Source: Octopus sinensis (Eukaryota). From it: DNA of 64,000 bases. The translations under genes and the position numbers were made by a program. Positions 1 through 14,594 of this stretch are shown one piece after another. The notes below the pieces were generated by a model, which saw nothing but the letters and a program-made list of their open reading frames with translations, was not told where the DNA came from and did no database searches. The DNA is taken from the NCBI RefSeq assembly GCF_006345805.1, contig NC_043004.1, positions 45,012,001 through 45,076,000 of the forward strand. Reading direction: 5' to 3'. The first letter of the stretch is position 1; each line of letters starts with the position of its first letter.

Positions 1-324
1 AGAAACCTATCGATCTACCTATCTAATTATCTCTGTATACACCTTCTCACCTTTTCCGCTTTCTTTCTGGCTGCATCATTCGTCACTTAACTCACGACTA
101 TCATATGCAGCACATCTCCATATCATCATTACTTTCTTACTTATGGACACATACATACGTGTGTGTGGGTATGTATGCATCTCTCTCTCTATATATGTAT
201 GTGTGTCTACATATCTATATTTATATATGTGTGTGTATGTGTGTATATGTTTATGCATGCATATGAGTATATTTGCATGTACATATGTGTGTGTGTGTGT
301 GTATATATACAGGATGTAAATTGA

Positions 325-505
325 CCAATACCAGTTGTCAAATGGTTGAGGGGGACAAGCACAAAGACACACACACATATATGATGGGCTTCTTTCAGTT
401 TCCATCTACCAAATCCTCTCACAAAGCTTTGGTTGGCCAGAGGTATAGAAGAAGAAACTTGTCCAAGGTGCCATGTAGTGGGACCATATCCAAAACCATA
501 TGGTT
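325..505 (-). mobile_element. Degenerate tRNA-derived SINE (family A, octopus OK/OR-like)
   Basis: Reverse-complement similarity to the copy at 50368-50758 (gggcttctttcagtttccatctaccaaatc...tatagaagaagaaacttgtccaaggtgcc). Confidence 0.75.
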
Positions 506-1652
506 AATAATTGGCTGGGTTATAGGTAGGAGAAGGTGGGGCTCAAGAGGATGTCTGTGTCTGCTTGTGACCCCATAGTCACATAAAAGTATAGCGCATG
601 TTGCCAAGCTGTATTGTACTATCAATGTATTTCATGAGAAAATGAAATAGAAAATTGTGTCATTGTTGGTCTTCCATTTTTAGATGTCAACATGTTGTGT
701 CTATCTATAGTAGAATCAAATTACATCTCAAATACTTCAGGTTACTTAGTTGAGAACATGTACTGCAGGATAGGAATAACTCCTTGTTCTGTACAGTGGT
801 TGCAGGACTATTAAGTTAATGAATGGTGTAATAATTTCAGTCCTTCCTGTGGGTCTGAATGTGTAACTCTGGCACTCAGCCTTTTACTGACCAAACTTCT
901 TAAGTTATCTTAGAGTCCCTTTGCCTTTGAAGCCAGATCTTATTTCTAACTATCACTTGTATGTGGCAGCTGCAGTATTATGTATGATGATTAGAGTGGA
1001 TCAGTTCCAAAGTAGTCCACAGTAAAGTCATCTCACACAAACATATATATACACATATACAGCTGGGTAAACCTTTTGGCCATAAACAATAGATCGTATT
1101 CTTTGCATCTGACACTTCCTTGGAGACAATAATTTTACAAGATTGTTGGTATCTGTCTTATTTCTCAATATACTTTTCTTAATAGCATCTTTGTCACTCT
1201 CTCTCTCTCTTTCTCTCTCACACATTGTTCTAATAGCTTTTGAACTTATCATGTGGTAGTTTCTTTTCTTCAAACTTTTAGCACCACTTCCATCTGCATT
1301 ACTAAAGACAACAACAACAGCAGCAACAATAATAGAGTCAACCAACCCATGAACAGAACCAGAGAAACAAAGAACTATACACCTACTCCTCAAAAAAAAA
1401 AAAAAAAAGAAAGAAAAAAAGAAAAGAGAAAATGACAATAACAACAACAGCAAAAAACTTGTCTATTTATTACTGATATTCCAACATCAAATAAAGGGAA
1501 CTGTATATTAACAAAGAGGTGGTGGAATTTTTTCATGCCCATCACCAACTGTTGCATCTGAAATTCAACCACAAACCCCATGTTTACCACATCAAACAAA
1601 AATCTTGCTCTTGTAGTTAATGTTGTTGTTCTCCTATTTCTTCTCATCATCA

Positions 1653-1687
<35 letters not shown>

Positions 1688-2103
1688 GTTATCATTATAT
1701 AAACCCCACTTGGTAAACTTTTGTAGTTGAGAAAGTATCAAAAGTTTCCAGGTACACAAGATGCATTATCGGGAACATTTAAAAGTGACCCCTTAGGGAT
1801 TTCTTGCTTGAGTGTTGTGCATGCATGTCTGTATGTAATTATGTCTTTGTTTGGTTAGTTAATAAATATAACTGATTAACAGAGTGTATGAATGTGTTGG
1901 GATCCATGTGAATCACTCCATGTATGTCCATGAATGTATGTCTGTGTTTATACATATTAGTATTTTCATGTGAACATTTTCTTTTAACCTATGTATGTGT
2001 TCGTTTACCCATATATGTGTTTGTGTATGTGTATGCATTAGTGTGTCTAAGGGTATTTCATCGAAGACGTGTCTGTTTCTTTATATACCAGCATGTATAT
2101 ATG

Positions 2104-2172
<69 letters not shown>

Positions 2173-4561
2173 GCGTTTCTTTCATCCTGTACTTAGTGCG
2201 TAGAGAGAGATAGACAGGAATAGATACATACATGGATGTATATGTATGTAAATCCGTATGACTTGGAAATGAATGTGATACACACACAATCTTATACACA
2301 CAATCTTATACACACACATATAAACACACAGAAAGAGAAAAAGAAGTTTAAAGTGGGTATTCATTCTAATATATATGCAAGTGCACACATCTTTGCCATT
2401 GTAGATATCCCTTTGGATATGACTGCTTGTGTAAGTGCATGTGTTTATATATGTGCACACATGTATTTAAGCGTGTGTGTGTGTATATATATATATACAG
2501 CAGTATGACTTAAAAATGAACGAGATACATTTTCTATGCGATTGTTTGAAAATGCAGAAATGGCATACAGTGTTTTACAAGCTCACCTTAAGCAAGTATT
2601 TATATGTGCAGTGTGTGTGTGTATGTGCGTGTGTGTGTGTGTGTGTGTGTGAGTGCATGTGTGTGTGCATGTTTTCTTTTCTTCCCAGTTCCCTTTGTTG
2701 CAATTTTCTTTGGCCTTCACCAGTTGGTCATTATCACAATCTATTATTTGTAAGACTTTCATCTCATCTCCTGCACAATTTTCCTTATTATTTCTAGCAC
2801 TAATGGGAAATCTTCATAACATCAAAGTAGCTGTTGTTGTTGTTACTACTACTACTACTACCACCACCACCACCACTGCCGCTGCTGCTGCTATTACTAT
2901 TACAGCTCTTATATATAGGTTTTGCTGTTTCTGTTCGTGTGCGTCAAAGATTTTAGCTTCATTATATGTGTGTGTGTGTCTTTCTTGCCATGATTTACAC
3001 CATCATACATAGCTGTATGTAGTTACAGAGTATACATACATACATACAAATATATGTAATATTTACATTACATCAAAATTTTTGATTTATGTAATGTACC
3101 CACCACCACTCTCTCTCTGTCTCTCTCTCTCACACCCTCACACACACACACGCACACAGCCTCTTTGTTAATTTGCTTTATGTTCATTTTTTTTTTCCTG
3201 CTAGCATGGGCTAAGTGAATACCTATTACTGAGACGTTATTTTTACTGCCAGATGCTTTTCCAGTCTCCACCACTTCCCTGTTATCCAAAGACAGGATTT
3301 TTATTCTTGAAGTCTTTGAAAGTGCACAATGACTGGTCATAATGTTAATAAGGAATGTCAAAATCATCTCTGTTTCACTCAAGTAGTGACAAGCTTAGGA
3401 TATCAAACTTTATGCATATTTCTGTGCACATGTCCACATGAAAATGTCTGTGTTGTTGTTAACACATTCTGTATTATTTGTGATTTTCGTACAAGTCTTA
3501 TATTCTCATTTTATGTGTTTTCAGTCGTACAACTTGATTTCCTTTTTCCTTGCTTTTACTCTGGCACTTTACAGATTAGTGATAACTTTTTCCAGCACTG
3601 AAATTATAATAATTTGGATAAGAAATTTGGGTGACGAAATGTGTTTATCCAAGTTCTTTTTTTCTGTAAATTGTCATATATGTCCCTTGCTAATGTATTG
3701 CTGCCTGCAATTTCTTTTGACTAAATGCACAAAAAATCCACTTAGCCCTGGCACCTAAAAGAAACACTTATCTAAGAGACTACGTTTGAAGGTACACAGG
3801 TAAGATGTAGACTTCCAGAATAGTCATGCTTTCTCTCATATATATATATATCTGCGTGTGTGTGTCTATATATTTGTATATGTGAGAAAGCAAGTATTAG
3901 GTGAACTGTGAGTTGTTGAACTGTGAGTTGTTGAATGGCGGGGTGAAGTGGAAAGCCAAAAATGCACCAGAAAGCCTTGTTGCTACTTATGTACTGTCCC
4001 ACCTGATACTGCATCACCTCATCCTGGCTGCTCTGTTGTATTTATAAGAAATCAGACAGAAGAATGAAGATATCAGTAGTGCTATAGTCACATGGGGTTG
4101 TTTGAACTCTGTATGCTAGCAAGGTTAGCGGTGAAGTGGATGACAATATATTTCACTTGACAAGGATCAGCTGGTTAATGTCTCTTACCATCTTCCATTG
4201 TCCCTTCGTGAGAACTAAGTTTCATTTCCCTGTCATGGGAAGTAAATGAGAATTGCTAGAGTGTTGATGATGGAAAGTTATCTGGAAAATGTGTGTAAAG
4301 CAGACCACAAGTGCTGTTAGATTCTGCCTAGTTGGACAGAAGTTATTGAATGGGAGTCAACCCGTACACCATACAGGGTAAATGTAATGAAGTGTGAACT
4401 TGCATTGTTCAGTGACAGAACGATGAAGTTATTGACTTGGAGTAAAATTTGTGAATCTGTTTCAAATCACAAACAGAATGAATATTACTGTATGTAAATG
4501 TGCAATGAAAGTGAAACATTGTTATGAACTGGAAGAATAAAAATGAAACATAGATGTTCTT

Positions 4562-4770
4562 TCACTTTTGACACGTAATAGTGAACCAGTGTAAAAAATT
4601 GCTTGGGGTCGCATTAGGTAAGAAGTTGAAAACCTTTTTTAGCCCACGAAACTCCATGGACTGTAAGTAGTACATGTGTAAAATTTCAATGAAAACAGTT
4701 GTGTAGTTTTCAAGTTTTTGGGATTCACACAGACAGACAGGCACACATTCTCATCTTCATATATATAGAT
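4562..4770 (-). mobile_element. Probable non-autonomous Helitron, 5' part
   Basis: Minus strand starts A|TCTATATATATGAAGATGAGAATGTGTGCCTGTCTGTCTG, the same TC-TATATAT start style as the Helitron at 21704-22096; 3' CTRR end not located. Confidence 0.5.
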
Positions 4771-7429
4771 AGTGTGTGGGCTGTTCTTATTTTATTGTCA
4801 AATAATGGAAGACATAGAGGAACATTGACAAGATTTGAAGTCAGAACTTGGAAAGGATGTAACCAATTTTAACATAAACTCCTCTTGACAATAATGAATT
4901 CTAACATAAGCAAAAGGCCTAAAATTTTAAGATTGATTCCAGGTCTTGACTGGTGCTTATTTTACCAACCTAGTTAGGATAAATGATGAAATTGCTTGAC
5001 TTGTTGACTTTTAAAATCAGAATGTAAATTACCTGAAATCTTGGGGTAAGAGGACTAGTTGAGTCCATCAATGCCAGTACTCAACTGCTATTTATTTTAT
5101 TGATGAAATGCAAAGATAACTTTGGAAGAGTTTGGACCTGGAATGTAAAACCAGAAGAATTACCACTTAACATTTTGCCTGGTTTGGTAGCAATTCTTCC
5201 AGCTCACCAGCTTCATACTACTGATGATAATAACATCTCTGCGTATAATTATAATGTCTACCCAGGGGCAGTTTTGTGGAGTTGAAGTATAGTTGATTTA
5301 TTTAATTCTACAATATTTGTCCTATTTTCAGCCACACTGACCTTCTTCACCTTTCTCTGATGAGTGGAACTGAACTTTGAAATAAAACTTACAAAACTAA
5401 ATATTGCAAAATTTTTTAGTCAAGTGCTTTACCACTTCTAACACATTATTATTATTATTATTATATTATTATTATTGGAGGATTTCAATGTATGAAATTA
5501 ATTGGGAAGGAGAAGGGAGATTATGTGACATTTATAGATTTCTCAAGTTTATTAGTAAAGTGAATCTGGTGAAGTGAGAATGTTACCGCAGAGAACTAAA
5601 AGCTGCAAATAGCCAGTGAATAAACCTCAGTGAGAGTGCATGAGGTGGTGGTGGGTGTACAAATTCAGTCTGTAGGATGTAGCAGCCAAATATCCCTTAA
5701 ATCTCACTTGGTTATCTATCTTAGAGGAAGAACACATTACACCTAAAACATGGAATACTCACAGCAGGGTACATTTGATCTTGGGTCTGGTTGATTGGAG
5801 GGGTGTTGACCTGGAACTAAACAACCACAAAAATAGCTCAACACTCATTTAATTGTAATAATGATTTCTTTCTATTTGCGTCAGTTTAGTTTGGAAGTGA
5901 ATACTGGGGATGTGATGTTTACGCCATTTTTCAATAGCATTTAAAAAATCCTGTAGAATGAAGTTTTTTTTTTTTTTACCAATGTAAAACATTCAAAAGA
6001 ATGTAGTGAAATCGCATTTTCCTTCTGTTTAATATTAATGGTTGTCTTTGTAAGAAACAGGATGTTCTCATTATCAATAATTGAAGAAAAAAAAATATCA
6101 GTTATGCTGATTTCCCATGAAATGTGTAGCTTTGTCCCTTTGTTAGACATCAGTGTGTTAGAAAGCTGTGGATGGACTGAAGGAAAAACAAGTCCTTCTC
6201 CTCCCATAATATTCCCCCATATCCTCCCTTCCAACTCCTTTATCTCTTCCTCCCCTCCTCCTTTCACCTTATCATCATTATGATTATCTTTACATTTTTT
6301 TATCCATAGTTGCATGTGTTGGACGTGGTCTTTTCTTGCACAACATCTTGCCATTTTTTGTTATCCTTTTGTCATTTTTCCAAAGTCCAATATCTTGAGA
6401 TTAACTTTGACCATTTCTTCTCCTATTTTTCTTTAGATTCCTTCCAGTGGGATTGTTTGACACACATGTTTACTCAACCGTCATTCTTCATATGCATCAC
6501 ATATCCATACCAAAAGCAGTCTTCTCTCTTGCACTCTGATTTCTATTATACCCAGCTTTTTTTTCTCTTTGCTCCTTTGTGCCCTAAACATTGCACATCC
6601 AGCAGAGTATTACTCACCCCATTTATTTTTGTCTAGCTTTTAAACATCCTTCATTTTCAGTTCTGATGTTGCTCTATGATACAAAATTGCACTTAGTATA
6701 CAAGCTTCTTAAAATCTACAATTTACTACTTGTTGGTAGAGGTAATGGTTTTCAAAACCTTTTCTATTTTGTTCTTACTCTGAGAACTGTACAATGTTCA
6801 ATTAAATACTTTTTGGTATTTAGTAATTTCTCTTTGCATTCTGAGTTCAAATCCTACTGGGTCATCTTGTCCTGTCATCCGTGAAAGTTCAGTTAAAAGA
6901 AGAGGAAATTGTGTGTAGTGTATTTATTAACTTATTGGGTTATAGCTGTATGCATTGCCAAGGATCCCTTGGGCAAATTAGCCCATATACTCAATCTCTA
7001 ATTAGTAGGGAGTTGATCTCAGCTATGTAATCAAAATCAATATTTGTCAATATTGCAGTGCTGCTGTTCAGAGCAATGAGAGGTTTAACCCTTAGAATAC
7101 CTATTTTCAGTTGTGGCCTTGGTCATTTGAGAGATGGGTCTTTTACTTTCGGTGATAACATAATAATGGTAATAAGTTGCAAACCACTGAACTCTCTCTT
7201 GTGCTCAGTCTACTCAGTCTTCTATGGCTTCTATCTATTCTGTTAGTCACGCATAGAGAAGGGTCAATATAATAAAACTATACTGTTTCCCTGAAGATTT
7301 GTGGCTCTATGCCAAGTTGTAAAAACCATTATTAATAGTGTAGCATAAATTGGGACAGACAGTAGAAAGTCAATTAGATGCTGTTCAGATGTCTACTTCC
7401 AGAGCTTGATGCTTATGAATGCGAATGTG

Positions 7430-8035
7430 TGCATGTGTGTGTGTGTGTGTGTGTGTGTACAAATGTGTGCGCATGTGACTTGTGTATGTGTATGTCGGTT
7501 TGTGTATAAATGTGTGTGTATGTGTGTACATTTATGTCTCCATATATGTGTGTATATATGTATACTTATGTATACATACACAGATTATACATATATATAT
7601 ATACATATACATATATATATACATATATATATATATGTATATATGTATACATACATATATATATATATGCATGTATGTATACATATATATTTATCTACAT
7701 GCACATATATATATATATTTATATATAAATACACACATGTATTAATATATATAAATATATACACTGATACATACATATTTATACATACACACATGCATGT
7801 GCTCGTGTGTGTATATTTATCTATATATATGTATATATGTGTATATATATATAGACATATAAGTGTCTATATGTATATGTGTATATATATGTATATGTAT
7901 CTTTGTATGTTTGTATATGTATATATATGTGTATGTGTATATATGTATATCATCATAACACCCATCTTCAATGATTGCTTGGGCATATATTTATATGTAC
8001 ACACACACACACACACACACATATGTATATATGTT
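7430..8035. repeat. Compound TG/TA/CA microsatellite
   Basis: Visible dinucleotide mosaic; explains the overlapping YI/CV-rich ORFs. Confidence 0.95.
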
Positions 8036-8689
8036 TATGAGTGTATATAAAATCGAAGAAAAACCAAAACCACTGCTTGCAATGTGATGTCTTTATTTGC
8101 ATAAACATGAAACCTCAAATGTACATTTATGAACAGTGTAGGTGGCAAATGAGAAGGGTTATGACATTTATGCATTCATCTATTTCCTATGGTACCATTA
8201 GTGTTAGTAGATTAGTGAAATAGTTCAACCTGAGAACTGAAATCTATGATTTTCTGCAGCATTCATCGTTCAGATTCCTAGATTTAACCTCACTTACGAT
8301 TTTGTGGTTTTTCTTTTTCATTTACGATCTATTTATTTATTCTATGATTTTGTTTTGCTTTAGTGATAGTTGTTTGTAGTGGTGATGGTTGTAGTGATGG
8401 GAATTTATTTATTTTTTCCTCAGACTATGAACTATCCAGGTATCAAAAAAATTAAAAAAAGGACTAAGGCAATAAATAATAAATAAAATCAATAATACAA
8501 TAATATCAACATAAATATATAAAATAAAAAAGCAGTCACAAAAATTATATAAAAGAAAAGGACATAAAAAGAAGTAATCAAACACTCCGGAAGGGGACCA
8601 AAATAAGATATATATGTATATTTCTGTTTGTGTATGTGTGTGCATATGTGTGTGTCATATGTATACATATATATATATCTATATCTATC

Positions 8690-8732
<43 letters not shown>

Positions 8733-9552
8733 CATAAAGGAAATAAAGATGTCTAGCTATTGATCTGGAGACAGCCGACTTAGTTTACAGGTTCAAGAGG
8801 ACAGTGCAAATAAATCACAAGATCAATGATTCTGATTGGCTAACTAGAACTTTCCTGAACACCATTGATTACAATTATCATTTATATACTTTAAAAAAAA
8901 AAAGAGAAAAAAAAGAAAACACCCTCCTTAAAGCCTGAGGGTTGTCTTCTCTAATTGCCATTCAGCTGCAACTCAGTTGTTCCCCCTCACCACCACCACC
9001 CCTACCATTACTACTATGGCTACTACTACTACTACTATTATCAAGTCAGTAATAATGCTAAACCTAACAAGTTCTTTTATCAGTTTGATCGCTCTCATAA
9101 AATTTCTAGTTTTTGTTATCTTTCTACTTATTTATTTATTTATTTATTTATTTATCATTCATCTATCCTGTCAGTCAGTTTCATGGTAATCACTGCTCCT
9201 GGACAATAGGAAAGAAAAGAGCGAAATGTGTTTTTAGAAAATATCTCAAAGATTTTTGGTCATCTAATTACACTCTGATCCTTCTGTCTGTGATTAGAAA
9301 GATATTATTTTTAATCTTTTGCTTGCTTCAGTCATTGGACTGCAGTCATGCTTTGGTACTGCCTTGAAAGTTTTAGTCAAACAAATCAGCCTCAATACTT
9401 GTTTCTTTCTTCTTTTTTTTTCTTTAAGTTTGGTAAATGTTCCATATAGTCTCTTTTGCCAAACTACAAAGTTATAGGGACATAAACATACCAATATCTC
9501 TGTCTATCTGTCTCTCTCTCTCTCTCTATTTCTCTCTCTCACACACACAACA

Positions 9553-9675
9553 AACTTCTTTCAGTTCCCATTTGGCTGGCCTAAGCTATAGTAGAAGACA
9601 ACTCGCCCAAGGTGTCATGCAATGTAACTGGACCATGTGGTGGGAAGTAAGCTTCTCACTGCACAGCCACACCTG
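9553..9675 (-). mobile_element. SINE family A head fragment
   Basis: ttctttcagtt...gctatagtagaagaca...gcccaaggtg...cacagccacacctg matches the reverse complement of the family A head. Confidence 0.7.
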
Positions 9676-10508
9676 TTGGTATCGTTACTCTGTTTCATTT
9701 TCATTTGCTTAGGTCTTAAAATATTTTATGACCCAGAGAAAAAAAAAAATGGCTGTGCCCATTTTTTTAGGGTCTCCAAGTATGGAAAGAAGTTATTTAT
9801 CTGATTGGAAACTTCGCCTGAATGCTTACTAGGGAGTGGACTCTGCTGAGGATAGCCAAGAGCCTCACCTAAAGGTGAATCCTGCCACCCAAATATCAGT
9901 TCTGCTGCCCAAGTGTTAGATCTGCCTCATAAGGATTAGGTCTGTTGTACAACGAATACCTCAGCCCTGTTACTTTTCTGAATACTCTTTAAGACCACAT
10001 GGCCTGTACTTTTTTGGCTGAATCCATAAAACATTGGACCAAATGCTTTGTGGTATTTATTCCTGCTGTTTACATTCTGGGTTCGAATCCTATTGAGGAC
10101 AACTCTGATGTTTATCCCTCTGAGGTGGCTATGAAATAAATTACCAGTTGATGCTATTAACCAAAAATTGCCGGCTTTGTGCCTGATTCAGAAACCATGT
10201 ATTCCACTGCATTATGATGAAGACATTTCATGTCAGATGTCATTACTCTCTCAATTAATAAATAGGAAAGCCTCTACACCATCATTTCACCATTTGAAAA
10301 TGGCTAGTAAATATTCCTCGTATTAAATTTAGAAAGTATAGGTAAGGGTAAACCAGATTATAAATTGTGGATACACTATTTTACAAAAGAAGGAAAAGGA
10401 TTAAATGTCTACAACTGGTATATCTATTATTATAGAACTGCTCAATTAAGAGTAATCTGCAGCCTAAAGGTTAACAATAACCAGCTGAGTTAAAGAAGGT
10501 GACAAAAT

Positions 10509-10510
<2 letters not shown>

Positions 10511-10547
<37 letters not shown>

Positions 10548-10955
10548 TGTTTAGCATCCGCTTTCCATGCTAGCATGAGTTGGACGGTTCAACTGGGGTC
10601 TGGGAAGCCAGAAGGCTGCACCAGGCCATGTATGATCTGGCAGTGTTTCTACAGCTAGATGCCCTTCCTAACGCCAACCACTCTGTGAGCATAGTAGGTG
10701 CTTTTTACGTGCCACCGGCACAGGTGTCAGACGAGGCTTGCAAACGGCCACGATCGGATGATGCTTTTTACGTGCCACCGGCACAGAGCCCAGACAAGGC
10801 TGGCAATGGCCACAATCGGATGGTGCTTTTTACATGCCACTGGCATGGAGGCCAGTTGGGGCGGCGCTGGCAACTGCCACGTTCGGATGGTCCTCTTACA
10901 TGCTACCGGCACTGGTATCACAGCTACAATCTCCATTGTTGTTGATCGATTTTGA
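10511..10955 (-). mobile_element. SINE family B with (GAT)n tail and internal ~62-bp repeats
   Basis: (CAT)n then ctttccatgctagcatg...ctggcagtgtttctacagct-gatgcccttcctaacgccaaccactc, shared with 12660, 17058 and 47301; four internal copies of tgctttttacgtgccaccggca. Confidence 0.8.
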
Positions 10956-11167
10956 TTTCGCAGAATTAATAAGTTCACACAGAATGCACCCTGTGTTACT
11001 CCAACTGTAGTCATGATATTAATCTAACACAGTAATCAATACCATCAACTGTATTGCTGTGAACTACTCCTGTAAACTATCCAACTGTTCGCTCAGTTTT
11101 TTTTATTTTATTGAAATGCGTTAGTCCCCTTTCAATCATGTGGGGGTGATCAGGATCCTTCCACAAC

Positions 11168-11453
11168 AGAATGATATTGTAGAGTAGGTGTTCAAGGCCA
11201 GATTTAACAAGTTTGAACATAAAACATGCAGAATACTTGGCCCGGATATAGCTAGATTAAATGCTAAAGGGTTAACAAAAAAAAAAAAAATGCTGGAGTA
11301 AGTAGGATATATTGGATAGTGTAATCCTAGAAGCATTATACTTTAGTGAAAGATAGGATATTGACAGCTAGAGAGTTTTTGATTATAAGTCTGTTTCATT
11401 CAAAACTGACCTGGGACTTAACAACAAAATTTCAAAATGCAGTGGAATGAAAT
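11168..11453. repeat. Left arm of a ~285-bp inverted duplication (partner 13700-13986)
   Basis: Aligns by eye to the reverse complement of 13700-13986 with few differences. Confidence 0.9.
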
Positions 11454-12659
11454 GTATCGTAATAAGTGTAATAACCAATTCTTAATAAGAATAGGTTCAT
11501 GCCCAATGCAGAGGTTGATTTCTGCTGCATATAATTTACTGGGAAGATTCATTTTTGGAAAGTGGTGGTGTCTCTATGTTTGAAGTTTTCCCCATTTTTA
11601 GGACAGTATATTCAATACTAAGATGGGGGAACAGTGGCTGTGATACCAAGTGAATGATTCTTTTGTCAGCTATCTTTGTTTGCTAGGTCAACTACTGTTT
11701 GAGTGGTAATACTCAACAACAATCACAACCGTAGCCACATAATTGTGTGAGGGTACGAGTTAGATGTGTTTGTATTTATTGGTACATACACATTCGTGTG
11801 TTTGTGCTTGTGTATATGAGCATGCGTGCACGCACACACACACACACACACATACACACACACATACATGCACACGCACAAGGATATAGTTATGTATTAA
11901 TATCAATTTATTTGGTCGGACAAATGGCACCACCAATAATACTCAAAATGAAACTGAAGTATAGCAATTTGCAGCTCATTTCCTAATTTAATTAACATCT
12001 TGGCATTAGCTAATTAGAATGTTGGAAGTGGTTGAAACCTGCCTCAACCTATAATCCCATCCCCCTCTCTCTCTCTTTCTGTCTCTCTTCCTCTCTACCT
12101 CTTTCTCTTTTTCTCTCTGCCTCTTTCTCTTCTCTTTCTTCTCTACCATTTCTTTTCAAAAGGGTGTGTCTGTGTATGTGCATATATGTGCAAGTATGTG
12201 TGTGTTTGTTTGTGTGTGTGTGTGCATGTATGGAGTGTCGAACAATGTCATTTTGGTTGATTACAAATTTAGAATAGTGAAACGTTTTCGACAGTTGCAT
12301 TACATTAACAATGGAATAGGTTTTGCTAATCATACTTGATTACCATTGAGAGACGATGTCATCACTAAATGGTTTCTAAGATGCTGCTATGCTGGTCATT
12401 TATGCATGGACAGGTTTATGAGCCAAGATTGGTTGCATTATTATACATTGATCTGAATATTAACCTCATCTCTTGTGTTTCTGTCTACACATCAATTTGA
12501 TCACAATATTCTCTGATCATCTTTAGACACCTTTTGCACATATCATTAATAGTCTTTTGAAATACATAGAAAGTGGGACTTTGTTTTGGCCACTATGCTC
12601 TGAGTTCATATCCATCCAAAGTAGGTAAGTAACCCCATAGCCACTGCTTGCAAGTGAAT

Positions 12660-12957
12660 ATCATCATCATCATCATCATCATCTAACGTCCGCTTTCCAT
12701 GCTAGCATGGTTTGGACGGTTTGATCGGGGTCTGGGAAGCCAGGAGGCTGCACCAGGCTCCAGTCAGATCTGGCAGTGTTTCTACAGCTGGATGCCCTTC
12801 CTAACGCCAACCACTCTGTGAGTGTAGTGGGTGCTTTTTACGTGCCACTGGCACGGCGCTGGCATTGGCCATGTATAGATGGTGCTTTTTACGTGCCACC
12901 GGCTCAGGTGCCAGGGGGGCTGGCAACAGCCATGATTGGTTGGTGCTTTTTACGTGC
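12660..12957 (-). mobile_element. SINE family B copy
   Basis: Same (CAT)n-aacgtccgctttccatgctagcatgg end and body as 10511; three internal repeats. Confidence 0.8.
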
Positions 12958-13699
12958 TAAGTTTAATGCATCATATTTTTGCTCTAAGTGTTTAAGGTGC
13001 CTATATAGTTGTGAGAGTGCAGACAAGCATATTCTTGACAGTCCTGCTCTTAAAACCCAAGGAAATGTTTTTAGATGTGATAGCGGAAAGGGAGAGACAT
13101 GCAGTGGCACTAAGCTGGTCCTCATTTATTAGCTAAGTGGACTGGAGCAACATGAAATAAAGGATCCAATATGTCTTTCAGGCAGGTAATCAAACCCACT
13201 GCCTTATGATCACAACACAGCACTCTAACTATTAAGCCACATAAATATAGTGGAGACAATAAGCCAACAAAATAAATATCACATAAGACATATTAATTAT
13301 TGTACTAACTCAGATGAAGTAGTTTATAGTGCGACATTTCAAGTCACTAAAGTCTGAGTTCAAATCCTTTTGAGGTAGATAAGTACCAGTGATAAAACGG
13401 AGAAAGAGACTTCCATATGGTTACTCAACCTGCCATTAATAACACCCAGGAATTTCCCTCTAATCAAAGTTGGAAGCGTGATGGATGGAATACTTTTGAT
13501 GATAGACCTACTCATTCAGAGCTCAGCTAAGTTTAAAATACAACGCTAGTGTTAGGTACCAATGAGATCTGCAAGAATAACCAATTAATTGGCTGTGTCT
13601 TAGCCCTTACGGAGATTGTTATTGGGTTTCAGTATGAAATTAAGGAGTAAAAATATAAAGGACCAACAAACTTTAGTCCCACTAGATCCCTCATTGTGT

Positions 13700-13986
13700 A
13701 TTTCATTCCACTGCATTTTGAAATTTTGTTGTTAAGTCCCAGGTCAGTCTTGATTGAAACAGACTTATAATCAAAAACTCTCTAGCGGTCAACATCCTGT
13801 CTTTCACTAAAGTATAATGCTTCTAGGATTACACTATCCAATATATCATCCCTACTCCTGAATTTTTTTTTTTTCTTGTTAACCCTTTAGCATTTAATCT
13901 AGCTATATCCAGGCCAAGTATTCTGCATGTTTTATGTTCAAACTTGTTAAATCTGGCCTTGAACACCTACTCTACAATATCATTCT
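13700..13986. repeat. Right arm of the inverted duplication
   Basis: Reverse complement of 11168-11453. Confidence 0.9.
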
Positions 13987-14098
13987 AAATATCAACAATC
14001 ACCTCATTTAAATCTTGAAGCTATGAGATAATGCATAATTAATTCATGAATATATAAGCATTACATTTGACAAAGAAATCTGAATGCTAAGGGGTTAA
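13879..14098. mobile_element. piggyBac-like MITE
   Basis: TTAA-CCCTTTAGCATT ... AATGCTAAGGGG-TTAA: terminal inverted repeats with CCC/GGG ends and TTAA target duplication. Confidence 0.75.
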
Positions 14099-14470
14099 AG
14101 ATGATAGAGCATGATTTTGTTAAGGTTTGGTTGCTATGTCTAACATATTGAGCTGCTACATGCAAGCTCTAACTTTAGTGTATATTTTTAATGAAATTAA
14201 CAAAGTCTCTCCTACATGGCTTTGTCATTCTGTTTATATATATTCATCAGCCAGTAAAGGAACTGCGTAACAATTACTTGATCTGCTAGTAATAACATAT
14301 AAGCCTCCTTCAAGTTATGCATGAATAAAGGAAGGACATTAAATAGAGATATTCTGGATAACATCTCGAAAAGGAGATAGGGCAGTCATGCCAGGAAATT
14401 GTTTTATCACAGGTCTGCACAGTCAGGACTAAGCAGGAGTTAAACAACAGTCACATAAACACACAGAGGG

Positions 14471-14511
<41 letters not shown>

Positions 14512-14594
14512 ATTTTAAAGAAAATTATTGTTGTATATTTCTTTATTCTCTCTGTCTTTCTCTTTCACCCTCCCTCATATCACATACATAGTTA

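Noticed and set aside
5358-5395. CTGATGA...GAAA as a hammerhead
   Set aside because: No convincing stems I, II or III around the core motifs.
10698-10912. CRISPR-like repeat/spacer pattern
   Set aside because: Eukaryotic SINE interior; spacers are homologous to each other; no cas genes.
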